From Gemmata obscuriglobus (GTDB lineage: Bacteria; Planctomycetota; Planctomycetia; Gemmatales; Gemmataceae), in assembly GCF_008065095.1 (NCBI RefSeq), contig NZ_CP042911.1, positions 3,015,829-3,047,828 of the forward strand: a stretch of 32,000 bases of DNA, written 5' to 3'. The position numbers and the translations under genes were made by a program. Every line of letters begins with the position of its first letter. The stretch's first letter is position 1. Below the pieces are notes generated by a model, which saw nothing but the letters and a program-made list of their open reading frames with translations, had not been told where the DNA came from and did no database searches. This document shows positions 19,819-28,901 of this stretch, in pieces.

Positions 19819-22800
19819 TTGAATGGTCGAGCCCACGACGTGACAACCTTACTTTACTACCCCGCAATCGAGAGTCGTCGTGGCCAGTATTTAGGCAGCC
19901 CGATCGTGAGGTTGCAGCAGCCTGCGGGGGTGGCCGAGGGTTTGCTCGAACCGCTACTGAATCGCGGCGCCGACTGGTCGACGTTTACTCCCGGCCCCGC
20001 CTCCCCTCTTCCCGACCCCGTGCTCATCGCGCCGCGGGCGACTGCAGCCAAAGGGCTGCCGGCGCAGATCCTCATCACGGCCGACGGAAAGTTGCCGCCG
20101 GCCTCCCGTGACGGGTGCCGGTGGTTTCGTCCAGCTCCACACGGGTTCTCTGCGGACCTAGCCGCGTGCGAGGCCGAGTGCGCGTCCATCCTGGACTCGT
20201 GGGTCGGCAGCTTTTCTTTCAAGGCGGAGCGGCGAACCGGCCAGACGGTCCTCGAGCGCGGGCTCCGTCCGCCGCAGATCGGTGCGCTCTACGCCGCGCT
20301 GGCTCACTGGACGGTGACCAATGATCCGGCCACCGTCGTGATGCCCACCGGCACCGGCAAAACCGAAACCATGCTCGGGTTGCTCGTGGCCGACCGGCTC
20401 CGGCGCGTGCTCGTCATCGTCCCCACGGACGCGCTGCGCGATCAGTTGAGCACGAAATTCCTGTCGCTCGGAATTTTAAAGAGTGCGGGCGTGGTCGCGT
20501 CAGGCGCCCTTTTGCCCGTTGTGGGGACGTTGCGCCGCAAGCCGACCACGGTGCAGGAGGTGGACGAGTTCTTTTCACGCTGCAACGTCGTGGTGACGAC
20601 CGCGCAAATTGCCGGGGCGTGCGTGCCCGATGTGCTCGCGCGGATGGCCGCGGTCTGCAGTCACCTCTTCGTGGACGAGGCGCACCACGTGCGGGCTCCG
20701 ACCTGGGAACGGATCCGGACGGCGTTCACCGGCAAAGGGGTTCTTCAGTTTACGGCCACGCCGTTTCGAGGCGACGGCCGACTCGTCGACGGGAAAGTCA
20801 TTTACAACTACCCGTTGCGGAAAGCACAGCAGGACGGCTACTTTCGCCCGATCCGGTTCCGGCCCGTCGAGGATTACGACGAGGACCAGAGCGACAAGTG
20901 CATCGCCGCCGAAGCCCTCGCACAGCTAGAAGACGACTTGCGGGCGGGGCGCGACCATTTGCTCATGGCGCGCTGCTCGAACATCACGCGCGCGGAAAAG
21001 GTCTTCGAGATTTACAAGAAGCTGGCAGCGGGCCACCAACCCGTCCTCGCCCACAGTGAGCTGTCGGCGAACCAGAAGCGATCGGCCGTTGAGGCCTTGC
21101 GCAACCGGACGACGCGGGTCGTCGTGTGCGTCGACATGTTCGGGGAGGGCTTCGACCTGCCGCAGCTGAAGGTTGCCGCCCTCCACGACGTGCACAAGAG
21201 CCTGGCCGTGACGCTCCAGTTCACCGGGCGCTTCACGCGGACCGAGGACGGGGTCGGCGAAGCGACGATAGTCGCCAACATCGGTAACGTCGATGTGGGC
21301 GGCGCCCTCCAGGACCTTTATGCCGAGGACCCGGACTGGAACCTCCTGTTGCGCGAGCTGTCGGAGGCGGCCACCGGCGGGCAGGTGCTGCGGTCGGAGT
21401 TCCTCCAAGGGTTTACGAACCTGCCCGACCGCATCCCGCTCCAAAACATCTTCCCCAAGATGAGCACGGTGGCGTTCGAAACCTCGTGCCCGCGGTGGAT
21501 GCCCGAAGCGATCGAGCGGGTCGTCAGGAACCTGTACGACGAGCCCGCGGTGCACCCGCGCGAGAACGTCGCAATCTTCGTCACGCGCGAGCAGTTCCCG
21601 GTGGTGTGGGGCGACGTGCGCGGCATCAGCGACGTCGTCTACGAGCTGTACATCGTGCACTGGGACGACGCGCAGAACCTCCTCTACATCCACAGCTCGG
21701 ACAACGGGACGGCCCACGAGGACATCGCCAAAGCCGTCTGCGGCCCTGATGCCGCTGCGGTGACTGGCGAGCGCGTGTTTCGAGCCCTTCACGGGGTCAA
21801 CCGTCTGATCCTGACCAACCTCGGGCTCGGTCACTCACTGAGCCGCGCGGTCCGCTTCACGATGCACGTGGGGCCCGACATCCGCGAGGGCCTCACCGAG
21901 ATGCACGCGAAGAACAAGTACAAGACGAACCTCTTCGGTCGCGGCTACGAGGGCGGAGAGAAGGTGAGCATCGGCTGCTCGAAGAAGGGGCGCATTTGGT
22001 CGTTCCACTCGGCCGAGGACGTGCACGACTGGCTCCGCTGGTGCCGGGCGATCGGGCCGAAACTCAAAGACAACACCATCGACGTCGCTGGGCTCCTGAA
22101 GGGGGCGATGGTGACCAAGCCAGTCTCGGCTCGGCCGACCAAAGTCCCTATCACCATCGAGTGGTCCGAGGACCTGCTGTGCCGCGACGAGGACGCCGTC
22201 CAGTTCGAGGTGGCCAACGTGCGCGCCCCCTTTTACGAGGTGGAACTGGAGCTCGTGGGCCATTCCGACACGGACCCGATCCGGTTTCGCATCTCTTCGG
22301 ACGTCTGGCCCCTGCCCGTTGAGTTCGAGGTCCGCCTCTCCGCCGACCGCGTCGAGTACGTCCCCGCGACCGGCACCGACCCGAACGTGATCGTCGGCCG
22401 ACGCACCCTGGCGCTTACGAAGTACTTGAAGCAAGAGCCACCGGTGATCCGCTTCCACGACGGCGCGTTTCTCATCGGCAACGACCTGTTCGAGGCGAAC
22501 GTCACGTCTCGCGTCCCGTTCGACCCGTCTCGCATCGCGACGTGGGCCTGGACCGGGGTAAACCTTAAGGTCGAATCGCAGCGACAAACCAAGCGTACCG
22601 ATTCGATCCAGCGCCATGTGATCGAGCACCTACTCTCGACAACAGCCCCGAACAAATTTGAGGTCATCTTCGATGACGACGCGTCCGGAGAAGCGGCTGA
22701 CATCGTGGCCCTGAGGACTGCGTCGGGCCGTCTGCTCGTGCAGCTCTACCACTGCAAGTACTCCAAAGACCTGAACCCAAGTAACCGGCTCGAGGACCTG

Positions 22801-23118
22801 TACGAGGTGTGCGGACAAGCGCAGCGGAGCGTCTATTGGAAGGGGCAGCCGGAGCGGTTGATCGAACACCTGATCCTCCGCGAGACGAGGAGACTCAAGA
22901 AGGGCGGCGTCTCCCGCTTCGAGCTCGGGGACATGCGAGCGCTCAAGCGGCTCAAGGGCCTGCTGCAGCAGATGACGTGCGAGTTCGAAATCTTCATCGT
23001 TCAGCCCGGCCTATCAGTAGCACAGGCCGAGGCGAGCCAGCTGGATCTGCTGGCGGCGACCGAGCTTTACTTGAGCGAAACGTACAACGCCAAGCTCCGC
23101 GTGATAGCCAGCGTCTGA
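19819..23118 (+). CDS. SF2 DEAD/DEAH-type helicase with C-terminal nuclease-like region
   Basis: VVMPTGTGKTETMLGL (motif I), LFVDEAHH (motif II), LQFTATPFR (motif III), VVVCVDMFGEGFDLPQLKVAALHDVHKSLAVTLQFTGRFTR (motifs V-VI). C-terminus FDDDASGEAADIVALRTASGRLLVQLYHCKYSK resembles a D...(H/E)xK nuclease core. Confidence 0.85.
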   Translation: MNGRAHDVTTLLYYPAIESRRGQYLGSPIVRLQQPAGVAEGLLEPLLNRGADWSTFTPGPASPLPDPVLIAPRATAAKGLPAQILITADGKLPPASRDGCRWFRPAPHGFSADLAACEAECASILDSWVGSFSFKAERRTGQTVLERGLRPPQIGALYAALAHWTVTNDPATVVMPTGTGKTETMLGLLVADRLRRVLVIVPTDALRDQLSTKFLSLGILKSAGVVASGALLPVVGTLRRKPTTVQEVDEFFSRCNVVVTTAQIAGACVPDVLARMAAVCSHLFVDEAHHVRAPTWERIRTAFTGKGVLQFTATPFRGDGRLVDGKVIYNYPLRKAQQDGYFRPIRFRPVEDYDEDQSDKCIAAEALAQLEDDLRAGRDHLLMARCSNITRAEKVFEIYKKLAAGHQPVLAHSELSANQKRSAVEALRNRTTRVVVCVDMFGEGFDLPQLKVAALHDVHKSLAVTLQFTGRFTRTEDGVGEATIVANIGNVDVGGALQDLYAEDPDWNLLLRELSEAATGGQVLRSEFLQGFTNLPDRIPLQNIFPKMSTVAFETSCPRWMPEAIERVVRNLYDEPAVHPRENVAIFVTREQFPVVWGDVRGISDVVYELYIVHWDDAQNLLYIHSSDNGTAHEDIAKAVCGPDAAAVTGERVFRALHGVNRLILTNLGLGHSLSRAVRFTMHVGPDIREGLTEMHAKNKYKTNLFGRGYEGGEKVSIGCSKKGRIWSFHSAEDVHDWLRWCRAIGPKLKDNTIDVAGLLKGAMVTKPVSARPTKVPITIEWSEDLLCRDEDAVQFEVANVRAPFYEVELELVGHSDTDPIRFRISSDVWPLPVEFEVRLSADRVEYVPATGTDPNVIVGRRTLALTKYLKQEPPVIRFHDGAFLIGNDLFEANVTSRVPFDPSRIATWAWTGVNLKVESQRQTKRTDSIQRHVIEHLLSTTAPNKFEVIFDDDASGEAADIVALRTASGRLLVQLYHCKYSKDLNPSNRLEDLYEVCGQAQRSVYWKGQPERLIEHLILRETRRLKKGGVSRFELGDMRALKRLKGLLQQMTCEFEIFIVQPGLSVAQAEASQLDLLAATELYLSETYNAKLRVIASV

Positions 23119-23226
23119 ATCACTTTTTCGGCAAGCTCGTTAGCGGTCGGCCTCCTTGCCCGAAGCAAAAACCACTTGCCCATGTGATCAGCAAAGAGGC
23201 ATCAGTTCCCTCAGCGACGCTCAAGC

Positions 23227-23844
23227 TCAAGCGCCTCTGCCGAGCTTCTTTCGAAGCGCTTGCAGCAGAGCGTTTTTGATCTCTAGCGGGTACGCACGAG
23301 CCGTCGGAGTTCCCCACCTTCCCCGCTTCGGAAGCGAATGAGGGTCGAGCTCACCTCTCACCTCGTGCGCGAGCAGCAGCAGCGCATGAATCAATTCGTT
23401 GGCCTTCGTGTCGCGCTGCCCGCTCCCGCTCCGGATCAGATCGAGCAACTCCTCGGACATGCGGAGCGCCTCGGGCGACATGTTGATCTCGCGCCGGGGG
23501 CCGGTGTGCCGCGGGGGCCGAGACTCGACAAGGGGTGGCTGCTCTGCCGCCGCCTGAGAAACGACCGGTGGAGGTGGAAGCAGTTCCCCCACTTTGTGCG
23601 CGTCGGCATTCGCCGAAATCGTTGAAGGGGTGAATGCGGGTACCGAACCGATTGGCGGGGGCTCGCTGAAAACCTTTGGCTTCAGGATCACAGGTGCGGC
23701 ACGACTCGGGGCGGCCGGCTCCCCTACCCGCTTCGGCGCCACCGGACTCGGCCCCACTTCCGCCAAGTAGTCGCCGAGGTCGGTTATCGGGGCCACATCC
23801 AAGGTGAACGTGTCAGAGAGGCCGGGCCGGTACTTGTTAGCCAT
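23227..23844 (-). CDS. Hypothetical proline-rich protein downstream of parA, possible partition partner
   Basis: ORF 23227..23859, likely start MANKYRPG near 23844, overlapping the parA stop. Low-complexity middle, then INMSPEALRMSEELLDLIRSGSGQRDTKANELIHALLLLAHE. Confidence 0.55.
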   Translation of the reverse strand: MANKYRPGLSDTFTLDVAPITDLGDYLAEVGPSPVAPKRVGEPAAPSRAAPVILKPKVFSEPPPIGSVPAFTPSTISANADAHKVGELLPPPPVVSQAAAEQPPLVESRPPRHTGPRREINMSPEALRMSEELLDLIRSGSGQRDTKANELIHALLLLAHEVRGELDPHSLPKRGRWGTPTARAYPLEIKNALLQALRKKLGRGA

Positions 23845-24793
23845 TGACTGTCTCCACATCCTCCAAGCCGGAGTCGATCACCTGCTCGACGAGTTCGGTA
23901 CCCGGGAACGGGTTCAGCGTTGCGCCGAACGCGCCCTTGGCGCCACGGTTGATCATCTCCTTGACGAGCGCCGCACAGTTGGCCGCCTGCTCCTTCGCAT
24001 CCGGGTGTTCGAAAATCGTGATGCCCCGCTCCGTCGATTCCCGGAAGCGCACCGAGCGACCGATGGTTGTTGCGAACACGAGCGCCGGAGTGAACCGCTT
24101 ACATAGGGCCACATGAATCTCTTTATCAAGGATTGCCTTACGGTCGTAGTTTCCGAGCAGCACCCCGGCGAGACTAAGGCCCGGGTTGTACGATTTTCGA
24201 ATCTTCTCGACGGTCCTCGTGATCACCTGTAGCGCCTTCAGATCGTACCCGCTCGGGAACGTCGGGATCACGCACCAGTCGGCGGCGACGAGGGCCGAGG
24301 TCATCAGGAACCCGAGGTTCGGGGGCGTGTCGATGAGGACCACGTCGAACCGGCCCCGTAGCGAGTCGAGCGACGCCCGCAGTCGGAACCGGTGCTCGTG
24401 GCGCAGCTCCTCCATGCTATCTTCGCTGATGCCGTTGTGAACCAGGAGCCCGAACACCTCTCGCTCCAAACGGATTTCGACGGACGAGAGCGCGCGGTGG
24501 CCCGGCACGACGGAGATGAGGCCGCCGAACCGGTCCTCCGGTGTGACCGCGATTTGGGCCGCCGGAACCTTCGACAGGTACGCGTCGGCAAGCGTGTACC
24601 GCCGCTGCCGGATCATCGCATCGGGATCGACGCCCAAATTGCCGGTGGAATCACACTGCGGGTCGGTGTCGACCACGCACACAGAGTAACCAGACGCCGC
24701 AAACGCTGCGGCGGTAGAAACGAGAGAGCTCGTTTTCCCGCACCCCCCTTTCTGGTTCGCAAACACAATGACCTGAGTCTCTCGAAATTTCAT
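23837..24793 (-). CDS. parA: ParA-family partition ATPase
   Basis: VIVFANQKGGCGKTSSLVSTAAAFAASGYSVCVVDTDPQCDSTGNLG (deviant Walker A), DVVLIDTPPNLGFLMTSAL. Confidence 0.9.
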   Translation of the reverse strand: MKFRETQVIVFANQKGGCGKTSSLVSTAAAFAASGYSVCVVDTDPQCDSTGNLGVDPDAMIRQRRYTLADAYLSKVPAAQIAVTPEDRFGGLISVVPGHRALSSVEIRLEREVFGLLVHNGISEDSMEELRHEHRFRLRASLDSLRGRFDVVLIDTPPNLGFLMTSALVAADWCVIPTFPSGYDLKALQVITRTVEKIRKSYNPGLSLAGVLLGNYDRKAILDKEIHVALCKRFTPALVFATTIGRSVRFRESTERGITIFEHPDAKEQAANCAALVKEMINRGAKGAFGATLNPFPGTELVEQVIDSGLEDVETVNG

Positions 24794-24840
24794 ATCCTCG
24801 ATACGCCCGCCCCGGAAAACCTAAACACGGGCCAAGTATT

Positions 24841-25645
24841 CCGGTACTCCGGAGGACCGGACAAGAGGGAAAATGCATCCGGCAACGAGTCCCCCACTAC
24901 ACCGGGGATACGAGTGCCGGCGCTCCAATCCCGCTCAGCTTTCCCCCGGTACACCGGGCCTCATTCAAGCGAACTGTTTTCGCATCACTTTTGGTCCCCC
25001 GGAGTACCGGCAGACACAGCGCCTGCCCCCTCTTCTACCCCCCGGTGCACCGGAGGACGCGCAGCCGACGAAGGTCGCGAGGTCTCGTACCGGGATTTCG
25101 GGCATACCTAATTTGGCCCAGAACGATTTTGAGCTCGCCCCCTACCCTCGACGTCGGATCAGCCCTCGGAATCCTCACTTCGCGCCTGTCAGGCGGTTTA
25201 ACGACGCACCAAGCTGCGGATCTCGATCAGTTTTTCTTGCGCCCGGCAGCGATCTGCCCCACTCCCCCGGTACACCGGCACACCGAGTTGCCCCGACCGG
25301 CCCGTTGGGACGGACTCCCCCGGGCTACCGGGGAACCGAAAGAGGCCCTGGCGTGACGCCGCGTGGGCAGTCGATCGGTCCCCCGGAGCACCGGGGCTCA
25401 ACTGAGTGAGGTCTCCGGCCGAAATGCGACTCCCCCGGCACACCGGGGCACCGGCTCGCTGCCGTGTGGCCAGGAGAAAAATAGTTCCCACGCTGCTGCT
25501 GCTACCCCCGGTACTCCGGTCCACCGGGGGACAGGCCTGAAAGCCCAGAGCCGAAACCCAACGAACGCCCCTGAGAGCCCCGGGGCGCCGGGGGACACGA
25601 GCGCGCCCGCCTCAAACCGTGCACTCCGGTCCACCGGGGCACCGG
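24841..25645. repeat. Array of 11 CCGGNNNNCCGG elements plus one degenerate copy, candidate partition centromere
   Basis: Starts at 24841, (24894 degenerate CCACTACACCGG), 24946, 24999, 25042, 25267, 25320, 25383, 25435, 25508, 25580, 25626. Typical unit CCCCCGGTACACCGG; several extend to a third CCGG with period 8. Located directly upstream of parA. Confidence 0.8.
25086..25105 (+). repeat. Outlying copy of the replication iteron inside the CCGG array
   Basis: CGTACCGGGATTTCGGGCAT matches the iteron consensus. Confidence 0.8.
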
Positions 25646-25790
25646 GACACTATTTCGAATGACAGGTACCGCTGCTGGTGGTAAATGGTTCAACACGGTT
25701 AAAGTACCGTCACGAGACTGGCGCCATTCGCTTGCGGGCCATGCGGCCGATTGCGTTGGCCCAGAGGCCGAAGCGGGGGAGTGGGGCTGC

Positions 25791-25983
25791 GGTACCAGGA
25801 TTTCGGGCACATATGTACTGGGAAACGGGGCACGCTTCACGATCGCGAACGGTCGGAAGAGGGGAGTACTGGGATTTCGGGCAGGCGTACCGGGACTTCG
25901 GACACAACCCTACCGGGATTTGGGGCACAGGGTACCGGGATTTGGGACGCACGATTTAGCTCGAGTACCGGGAATCGGGGCAC
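25791..25983 (+). repeat. Seven ~20-bp direct repeats (replication iterons), consensus NGTACYGGGATTTCGGGCAC
   Basis: Starts at 25791, 25814, 25865, 25886, 25909, 25931, 25964; for example GGTACCAGGATTTCGGGCAC, AGTACTGGGATTTCGGGCAG, CGTACCGGGACTTCGGACAC, CCTACCGGGATTTGGGGCAC. Immediately upstream of repA. Confidence 0.88.
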
Positions 25984-26106
25984 GAAGTACCCCCTTAACT
26001 ACTTGGATTTGCTGAGGAAACGGACCGACAACTCTGTTCTTTTAAACATGTATAAAAATACAATAACTCGTGGTGGTCTTTTTTTAAGGTGAGATTCAGG
26101 AGGAAC

Positions 26107-27540
26107 ATGTCTAAGCGTCCGGTAGCTGCAAATCTTCCCACGAGTGCTCACCCAAACTCCGGGTTCCGGGACGAGATGAACTTCGCCGAATTCCCATTGG
26201 CCTCACTCTCGGATCGGGTTGCGGACAATCAGAAGACACTCGAGTTCACCGACACCATTGAGGACTCCTCGACCGGCAAAGACGTGGTCCGCACGCTGGT
26301 CATCACTGCGGCCGACAAGTTCGGTCTTCCCACGGCTCTCGACGACGAACTGCTGCTCGGGCTCATCAAGCTGTCGGTGGAGCAGGGATTCACCGACCCC
26401 AAGGTGTATTTCTCGCGGTACGAGCTCATCAAGAAGCTCGGGTGGCGGGACGAGTCGAAGTCGTACCGGCGCATCGAGGACGGGCTCAACCGCTGGACCG
26501 GAGTCACGCTCCAGTACCGAAAATCGTGGTGGGTGAACGACGAGAAGAGCTGGGTGACCGAGACGTTCCACGTGCTCAACTCGGTGACCGTGTACGACCG
26601 CGAACGCATCGCCCGGCGGCGAATGATGGCCAAGGACGCGCCCGAGAAGGCGCTCTCGTCGTTCGTGTGGAGCGACCAGGTGTTTCAGAGCTTCAAGGCC
26701 GGGTACATCAAGCAGCTCGACTTCGATTTCTACAAGAGCCTGACGAGTGCCATCTCGAAGCGCATGTTCCGGTTCCTGGACAAGCGGTTTTACAACACCG
26801 GGCGCTGGGAGTTCGACCTCCAGGTGTTCGCGTGTGAGCACATCGGGCTGTCGAAAAACTACTCGAACTCGGAGCTCAAGCGGAAGCTCGCACCGGCAAT
26901 ATCGGAGCTCGAAACGAATGGATTTCTGGCCCCGCTTTCGGACGACGAACGGTTCGTACGTGAGCGGTGCGGCAAGTGGCGGGCGGTGTTTGTAAAGGCC
27001 ACGAAAAAGCTCGCGGTGCTCCCGCGCACCGACGCCGAACACGACCCACTGTTTCGGGATTTAGTGGGCCGTGGCCTTAACCCCCGCAGCGCCCAAAAGC
27101 TGCTGCGCGAACACCCGCCCGAGAAGATTCGAGAGAAGGTTCAGCTCTTCGATCAGCTGAAAGAACGGGTAGGCGAGGGGACCATTCGCAACCGACCGGG
27201 ATGGCTGTACGCAGCCATCGTCAAGGACTTTACCGTCGGGGCGGTTGCGTCGGCTCACCCGCCCCCGGTCGTAGCAGTCGTAACACCGCTCGCGACTGTC
27301 GAAGTGAGCGAGCGGGAGCGGGCCGAGAAATCGAAGGCTGAGGCTTTCGAGCGGTACTGGGAAGCGCTTACCGAAGAGCAGCAGCGCGAGTTCGAAGACC
27401 AAGCGGTTGCGGGCGCGTCAGGTTTTCTGCAAAAGCAGTACCACCGAGACAAGGAAGCACGAGGCCACCTGTGGCATGCGTCACGGCAGAGCATCCTCCT
27501 CGAACATTTCAGACGATTCGGGTCTGCTCGAACCGATTAA
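26107..27540 (+). CDS. repA: Plasmid replication initiator protein A family (RepA)
   Basis: DEMNFAEFPLASLSDR...LEFTDTIEDSSTGKDVVRTLVITAADKFGLPTALDDELLLGLIKLS...PKVYFSRYELIKKLGW...YRRIEDGLNRWTGVTLQYRKSWWV...FDLQVFACEHIGLS; AGGAGG ribosome site upstream of ATG 26107; adjacent iterons. Confidence 0.85.
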   Translation: MSKRPVAANLPTSAHPNSGFRDEMNFAEFPLASLSDRVADNQKTLEFTDTIEDSSTGKDVVRTLVITAADKFGLPTALDDELLLGLIKLSVEQGFTDPKVYFSRYELIKKLGWRDESKSYRRIEDGLNRWTGVTLQYRKSWWVNDEKSWVTETFHVLNSVTVYDRERIARRRMMAKDAPEKALSSFVWSDQVFQSFKAGYIKQLDFDFYKSLTSAISKRMFRFLDKRFYNTGRWEFDLQVFACEHIGLSKNYSNSELKRKLAPAISELETNGFLAPLSDDERFVRERCGKWRAVFVKATKKLAVLPRTDAEHDPLFRDLVGRGLNPRSAQKLLREHPPEKIREKVQLFDQLKERVGEGTIRNRPGWLYAAIVKDFTVGAVASAHPPPVVAVVTPLATVEVSERERAEKSKAEAFERYWEALTEEQQREFEDQAVAGASGFLQKQYHRDKEARGHLWHASRQSILLEHFRRFGSARTD

Positions 27541-27678
27541 ACATCGCTCCCGAACCTGTTGCAACCGGTCCGCCATGGTGTACGGGACAGACGCGGATCC
27601 ACAATCGAGAGCGCTCAACGGAACGGCACCGGCGAGTGGGGAGGATCGACCTACCTAACTCCGCCGGCCTGATAGTCT

Positions 27679-28362
27679 TTAAACGACAGCGCTGCGGGCT
27701 GGCTCGCTAGTTGGTTCGGAGTCCGTCAGGCAGCACGCGCCGGGTGTGCTGAGGAGGCCGCTCAGGGCCTGCCGCACACGATGAAACCGTTGGCGAGCAG
27801 CCTCAGAGGTGATTCCTAGCATCTCCGCGATCGCTTTGGGCCTCAAGCCTTTCAGGTGCAACTGCACCAGTTCCTGGTCGCGCGGCTGCAACCGCCGGAG
27901 CGCAAGGCGGAGCCTAGCAACACATCCCTGAGCCTCGCCTTCACCGTCGAAATCCTCACCATGTTTTTGATGGTCGTTGTCTGGCGAAGACGTCGCGAGA
28001 ACATCTTTCAAGTCGGCTTCTCGCTGAAGGCGTTGTCGCTCGAGACGAACCCATTTAAGGGTTTGGTTACGGGCGACGGCGCGGAAATAAGACGCGCAAC
28101 TGGTTGCCCCGTGTCGGTAGTTGCTACTGGCCTCGATGGCCTTGATGAAGATTGTCTGCAAGGCGTCTTCCGCATCCTGCGCGAACCCGGCACGAGCCAT
28201 AACACTGAACACGGTCCCGGCAATCTCGCGGCCCAACCACCTGGCAGCGGCATCGGCATCAGCCTTGGCGTCGTTGGTACCGAGGCCGACCTTCTGAGCC
28301 AGGGACGCGAGGAGCGCGGTGAGGTCCATCGGTCCAGAAATCTGATCTGCACAGACCGTCAT
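27679..28362 (-). CDS. RNA polymerase sigma factor, sigma-70/ECF-like
   Basis: MTVCADQISG...; AGFAQDAEDALQTIFIKAIEASSNYRHGATSCASYFRAVARNQTLKWVR (region 2) and LRRLQPRDQELVQLHLKGLRPKAIAEMLGITSEAARQRFHRVRQAL (region 4 HTH). ATG at 28362. Confidence 0.8.
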   Translation of the reverse strand: MTVCADQISGPMDLTALLASLAQKVGLGTNDAKADADAAARWLGREIAGTVFSVMARAGFAQDAEDALQTIFIKAIEASSNYRHGATSCASYFRAVARNQTLKWVRLERQRLQREADLKDVLATSSPDNDHQKHGEDFDGEGEAQGCVARLRLALRRLQPRDQELVQLHLKGLRPKAIAEMLGITSEAARQRFHRVRQALSGLLSTPGACCLTDSEPTSEPARSAVV

Positions 28363-28901
28363 GATGTTCTCCTTCCGAGCTTCGAGAAATCGGGGCACGA
28401 AGGAAGTAAACTGAATGCCCGGCCGGACGGTGTTGCGCGCGTGCAGGTAGGCTCTCTGCGGGCGGCAAGGAGAGATTCTGGTTCGGATGATAAAGCCACG
28501 GACCGTCATGCGAGGTGATCGACACACGTGTTCTGTTGGAGCAGCAGTAAGTAGGCCGCGCTCATGAAACGTGGCTACTGGTTTACCGGGTTACCCATCG
28601 ACAACCTCTTTCAGGCTCTTCTAGGCGCAGTTGACTGATCATCTGGCGGGTGCGGTCAATTTTCCAATCTCGATAATCGAGATTGGTTTGGGCGCAGCAT
28701 TGGCTGCATAACACCCGTTGTTCGGATTTTCCGACTCAATATTTCCTGCCCCGGTTGCCAACTCGTCGCCGCCGAGCAGCGCACATTTTTTCTGTCTCGC
28801 CCGTCACGAATTGAGCTCTTTCGGGAACTATTACATGTCGGCCGGCTGCTGATAATCGCGGCCAGCCGACGCGAGCATCTCACCAACTCAGGAGCGATTT
28901 C

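Noticed and set aside
20926-22703. Long minus-strand ORFs (302, 264, 156 aa) opposite the helicase
   Set aside because: Antisense shadows with low-complexity translations and no motifs.
24841-25645. Possible CRISPR array
   Set aside because: Units are short (12-24 bp), degenerate, self-overlapping with an 8-bp internal period and irregular gaps; no cas genes. Centromere-like sites fit better.
24873-25840. Several ORFs on both strands inside the repeat array (e.g. 24873..25409 +, 25363..25662 +, 25198..25524 -)
   Set aside because: Arg/Pro/Gly-rich translations (RSTGAPGH, PVYRGSG) are produced by CCGG repeat DNA read in any frame; no recognisable domain and conflict with the repeat structure.
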